Shown here piece after piece: positions 60,068 to 64,000 of a DNA stretch of 64,000 nt. Within the stretch, counting starts at the first letter, position 1. The number at the start of each line of letters is the position of its first letter. Location: the NCBI GenBank assembly GCA_965204375.1, contig OZ241986.1:6144001-6208000 (forward strand), read 5' to 3'. The stretch comes from Candidatus Latescibacterota bacterium. Lineage in GTDB: Bacteria > Latescibacterota > UBA2968. The notes beneath the pieces were generated by a model. It saw only the letters and a list, made by a program, of their open reading frames with translations, ran no database searches and had not been told where the DNA came from. The translations under genes and the position numbers were made by a program.

Positions 60068-61690
60068 TCAAAATTCGTCCAACCGCTTCCGGAGTCTTGC
60101 TGTTTCAAGTGTGTTTTCTGATGCGTCGGATGACGGCATCATATCTAAAACTCTACGTGCTTTTTTCCGTTGGTTTCTGTCGAGTAACGCTGCCGCATAC
60201 ACCAGGTATGGCTGGGCAGTTTCGGCCTTCACGGGCTGAGAATCAAACTGCGTAAAAACGCGTTCCGCTGTTGCGAGGTCATCTATCGTTATCAGATAGT
60301 CTATGAGTTGGCCTGCCAATGCGCCCGAACTCGGCTGGGCATCAAAGGCTCTTTTCAAGTGTGAAAGTGCCGCGTCCCGCTCGCCTGTTGACCACAGCAA
60401 CGCGCTTTCTCTCAACGCATGAATAACCTTGTAACGCGGATGAGCAGGTAGGATAACGCGAAAATACGTCCGCCCTTCATCGTAGTCGAATAGAGGTTCT
60501 GGAGACCCATTTTCTGCCATCCGACGACGAATTTTGGGCAGTCCTGTTCCCCGGCCTTCGGCCAGTCTCAATTCTTTCAAAAACTCACCTATTCGTCGAT
60601 TTCGCGCAGGTACAGGAGGTACAATACCATCCCGAACGAGATGATGTGCCTCAATGCCTTGAAGTGGTCCCGGATAACTGATTATCTCCATGCGATCCGG
60701 GTATAAATATATCTTCGTAGGCTCACGCAGGTTGTCATAAGAACGATGATACACTGCGTTGACGACCGCTTCCTCCATCGCCTCGTAGGGATATGTGACC
60801 GCGCGATCTACTTCGGCCTCTCGCGGTCGTTTTTTTAGCATAACGTCTGTGAGTGAATTGAGGTGGTCTAAAGTGAGTTTGATCTGTTCGTTGAGCGGTC
60901 CGGTAATTGTTCTCTCTTCAATTAAATCGCCTCCCGCATCGTCACCGAACTGCACAATCTCGATTCGCGCACCGTCAAAGAAACTGTCCGGGGTCTCGTT
61001 GAAGAACAGGATGGCTGCGTTGCGCGGCGCGTAGTGGTCATTGAGGCGGACGAGGATTCGCATCCGCTGATACAGGTCGCTATCTGCGACATTCGTTCCG
61101 GTCTGTATCAAATCGCTTCGTACATCCGAAAGAAATCGGCGGACCAGCATAGGAGATATGTCCTCGACTTTGGCAATCAGGCTGCGCCGGTCGTCGAATG
61201 GTATCCGTGCCGTTTGCTCTATGAGTTGGGTGCGTATTTCACCCCTCGCTTCAACAGTGCTGGAGCCTTGTCGCACGTAGTATTCCCGTTCGCCACCGCG
61301 TCCGCGTTTCGGAGCTTGATAGGGGCGATTATCGCCGCCGGGTGCCCAAATAATCAGTATTGTCTCACCGCGGTATATTTCGGGGAATACGAGTGGCTGG
61401 TACATGGGATCAATGCGATTGCACTGTCCGTATATCTCTCTTTGGATATGATCGAGATCGAGATGACCGAGACCGCGCGAGGGCAATATAGGACGACCCT
61501 GTTCATCTGTGTCGATACCCAGGATGACGTACCCGCCGTTTAGATTGAGCAAGTCATTCGCAAATGCACACACGCTCCGAACAACCGATTCCTTTACGGC
61601 GTCATTCCAGGTCGCTTTGAACTCCCTGCGGTTGTCTTCAACCGATCTGGCGTGGATCAGGTTATCAATATTGATTGGCACACCTTGCAT
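60068..61690 (-). CDS. Schlafen/AlbA_2 + HATPase_c_4 protein with helical TPR-like C-terminus
   Basis: EDNRREFK, VCAFAN...GGYVILG, EAVVNAVYHRSY, RNRRIGEFL, EGRGTG; SD TAAGGAG before ATG 61690. Confidence 0.82.
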   Translation of the reverse strand: MQGVPINIDNLIHARSVEDNRREFKATWNDAVKESVVRSVCAFANDLLNLNGGYVILGIDTDEQGRPILPSRGLGHLDLDHIQREIYGQCNRIDPMYQPLVFPEIYRGETILIIWAPGGDNRPYQAPKRGRGGEREYYVRQGSSTVEARGEIRTQLIEQTARIPFDDRRSLIAKVEDISPMLVRRFLSDVRSDLIQTGTNVADSDLYQRMRILVRLNDHYAPRNAAILFFNETPDSFFDGARIEIVQFGDDAGGDLIEERTITGPLNEQIKLTLDHLNSLTDVMLKKRPREAEVDRAVTYPYEAMEEAVVNAVYHRSYDNLREPTKIYLYPDRMEIISYPGPLQGIEAHHLVRDGIVPPVPARNRRIGEFLKELRLAEGRGTGLPKIRRRMAENGSPEPLFDYDEGRTYFRVILPAHPRYKVIHALRESALLWSTGERDAALSHLKRAFDAQPSSGALAGQLIDYLITIDDLATAERVFTQFDSQPVKAETAQPYLVYAAALLDRNQRKKARRVLDMMPSSDASENTLETARLRKRLDEF

Positions 61691-61805
61691 GGGCTCCTTA
61701 ACCGATCTGTGATATTGCGAGAGGTTTTGCGAAAGCGAACGCTTCTGTTCATCATGTTCAATGTCGTGAACAAAATATGCGATCACAGCAAAAAGTCAAT
61801 TTTGT

Positions 61806-63002
61806 TTAGACTGAAACGACTTGTCGCGTGTCTTCGATTTCGACGTCGAGGTTGCCCGACAGGTCGTTGTTGTTGAGGTGTATGCGGTCGGCTTTTTCGC
61901 CGATGTGAAGACCTATGCGCTGTGTTGCTGTTTCATCGTTGCCAATGCGATTATTTGTGAAGGTGAGGTCGTGGGTTTCGCCCAGGATGCGTATGCCATA
62001 TCCTTTATTTTTGTCGCCGTTGTCGAGAATCTGATTGTTCTCAAAGGTATTTCGATGCCCACCCATGGGTTCGGATTCGTTGCGGAAGAGTATGCCTTCA
62101 CAGCCGTTGCGCAGTGATCGGTTATTGCAGAACACATTGTCGGTGTCTTTGTGACCAATGGAGATGCCCGTGTCGCCATTGCCGATGAGGTCGTTGTTTT
62201 CAAAGATGCCGTGTTTGACGCGCCAGCACAGGAAGAGGCCAATGCGACCGTTGTTTTCCGAGCGGCAGTTGCGGATGATGGGGTGCTGACTGCCACTGCC
62301 CGGGTGCAGGCCCAGGTGGGTATTGCCCGTGCAGGTGCAGTTTTCGACTGTGACGTGCTGGCTCTGCTGGAAGCTGATGCCATCGCCGTGATAATTTTTG
62401 ATCGCGGAGTTTTGTAGGGTCGTATGGTGCCCGCGATAGAGGAATATGCCGGCGCCGCGACAACCGTTGAGGTGCGGGTTGTTTTCTCGGTTGCCATCTA
62501 CAGTCAGATTTTCGACCCGGGCATTTTCGATGTGGTAGCCGCTGATGACCGGGAAGGTGGTGGCAGCGCGCGCATTGCGAGAGACGAGGTAATCGCCTCC
62601 CATGGGCACATTGACGCCAAAGGTGTTGTCCTTTTGCCAGAGGATGGTGCCGACTGCGGTGTGAAATCCACCGCCCTGATCATCTGTAATGCTGACGCCA
62701 TAGCCCACTTTGAATCCATCGGGATTTTCAAGGGTGATCTGTTCTTCGCCAAAATCCCCGTCGAGGAGAAGCGGGGTCTCAACGCCGTTTGCCTTTCGCA
62801 ATGTGGTATTTTCGCCCTGTCCTTTGACGGTGATGTTGCTGCGAAGATGGAGCGCGTCGCGCATGATGTACGTGCCGGATAGGATTTCAACCGTGCCTCC
62901 GCCGAGTGTGGCAATGTAATCGACAGCAGCTTGCAATGCGCGGTTGTCATTGCCGATGATGTCGGCGTTTTTTTGTCCGACGGTGATGTGTAAGCCTGTC
63001 AT
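61806..63002 (-). CDS. Right-handed beta-helix (pectin lyase-fold) protein
   Basis: LQAAVD...GGGTV...GTY, repeated Asn/Gly beta-helix turns. Confidence 0.82.
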   Translation of the reverse strand: MTGLHITVGQKNADIIGNDNRALQAAVDYIATLGGGTVEILSGTYIMRDALHLRSNITVKGQGENTTLRKANGVETPLLLDGDFGEEQITLENPDGFKVGYGVSITDDQGGGFHTAVGTILWQKDNTFGVNVPMGGDYLVSRNARAATTFPVISGYHIENARVENLTVDGNRENNPHLNGCRGAGIFLYRGHHTTLQNSAIKNYHGDGISFQQSQHVTVENCTCTGNTHLGLHPGSGSQHPIIRNCRSENNGRIGLFLCWRVKHGIFENNDLIGNGDTGISIGHKDTDNVFCNNRSLRNGCEGILFRNESEPMGGHRNTFENNQILDNGDKNKGYGIRILGETHDLTFTNNRIGNDETATQRIGLHIGEKADRIHLNNNDLSGNLDVEIEDTRQVVSV

Positions 63003-63017
63003 GGGGATCTCCATAGG

Positions 63018-64000
63018 TTAATCAATGCGAATTTCCCGTCCTGTTTCGCCACTTTCGAGCACGGCTTCCATCATTTGCTGCACTTGATATCCGTGGCGCA
63101 GGGGTGCTTCGCAGGTTTTGCCGTCGAGGATGCAGTCGATAAAGTGGCCCGCAATGCGGTCCCATGCCTGGATTGCAAGCGGGATATCGACGGCGATGTC
63201 GTGCGGGACGCCGTCCTGTGTTTTGTAGATTTTGAGCGGGCGGAATTGTGCGCCTGCTTCGTCGCCAAAGAGTTCGATCTGGAGTTCGTTGGGCTGGTGC
63301 GATGCCCAGAAGCTTTCGACCTGGAGGCCCGCGCCGTTTTCAAAGCGGATGAATCCGCCGGCATAGTCGTCAGCGGCGTATTGTTCATAGGTGCTGCGCG
63401 GGACTTGTCTGAAGCCCCAATAGCCGCGTCCGCGCGGTCCAAATTTTGCGCCGCACACGCCTGTGACGGTGGCGGGTTTGGGCATGCCGAGCAAGTACCA
63501 CACGGCGTCGAGAACGTGGACGCCCATGTCGCGGAATGCGCCGCCGCCTTTTTGGATGAATCCGAGGTTCCACGCGGGGATGCCGCTTCGGCGCACGCTG
63601 CGGGCGCGGGCGTAGTACAGGTCGCCAAAATAGCCTTTGCGCGCGAGGTTGCCCAGGTATTGGCACTGGTCGGAGAACCGGGTGGAGAGCGACATCATGT
63701 TGACGACGCCAGACGCTTCGGCGGCTTCGACGAGTTTTTGCGCTGCCTGCTCAGAGTCCGATAGTGGTTTGGTGACCATGACGTGTTTGTCGTTTTTGAC
63801 GGCTTCGAGTGCGACGGGCACATGCCACTGGTTTGGGGTGCCTACAAAAACCGCGTCGATGTCGGGGGCTTTACACATTTCTTTGTAATCGGTGTAGAAT
63901 TTTTGTTCGCCGGGCAATTCGCGGGCAAATTCTTCCATTCTTTCGGGTATCAGGTCGCATAGTGCGACGACTTCGCCGCGATCATTTTTTGCAAGGGCGC
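63018..64000 (-). CDS. Gfo/Idh/MocA-family oxidoreductase (N-terminus beyond the window)
   Basis: GTPNQWH, TKP, GGGAFRDMGVH. Confidence 0.88.
   Translation of the reverse strand, partial: ALAKNDRGEVVALCDLIPERMEEFARELPGEQKFYTDYKEMCKAPDIDAVFVGTPNQWHVPVALEAVKNDKHVMVTKPLSDSEQAAQKLVEAAEASGVVNMMSLSTRFSDQCQYLGNLARKGYFGDLYYARARSVRRSGIPAWNLGFIQKGGGAFRDMGVHVLDAVWYLLGMPKPATVTGVCGAKFGPRGRGYWGFRQVPRSTYEQYAADDYAGGFIRFENGAGLQVESFWASHQPNELQIELFGDEAGAQFRPLKIYKTQDGVPHDIAVDIPLAIQAWDRIAGHFIDCILDGKTCEAPLRHGYQVQQMMEAVLESGETGREIRID

Overview
Bacterial chromosomal window with about 60 CDS; no rRNA, tRNA, CRISPR array or transposase recognised. The gene content (several cytoplasmic sulfatases, PhyH dioxygenases, Gfo/Idh/MocA oxidoreductases, serpin, short intergenic repeats) suggests an FCB-superphylum organism of the Latescibacterota/Gemmatimonadota type, possibly host-associated; this is an inference. 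Core blocks are yggS-yggT-divIVA-mtnP-NUDIX-dksA-lspA-rluD, recJ, trxA-holA, an RND efflux system and folP-ftsH-tilS. Six accessory items stand out. (1) A tandem PhyH pair where one paralog has HxG instead of HxD, the Fe/2OG halogenase signature. (2) A tightly coupled STAS / receiver-PP2C / RsbW / binding protein / histidine kinase / Amt signalling module with no GlnK or sigma factor. (3) An ABC-type ATPase plus PD-(D/E)xK nuclease islet ending in a DUF1156 methylase remnant. (4) A PspA-polyamine module split into convergent halves with a TA pair and terminator inserted. (5) Short repeat arrays whose orientation follows gene starts and stops. (6) A secreted RGG-rich protein with a degenerate phosphatase/sulfatase-like fold. 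All family calls are from motif recognition by eye, not database searches.
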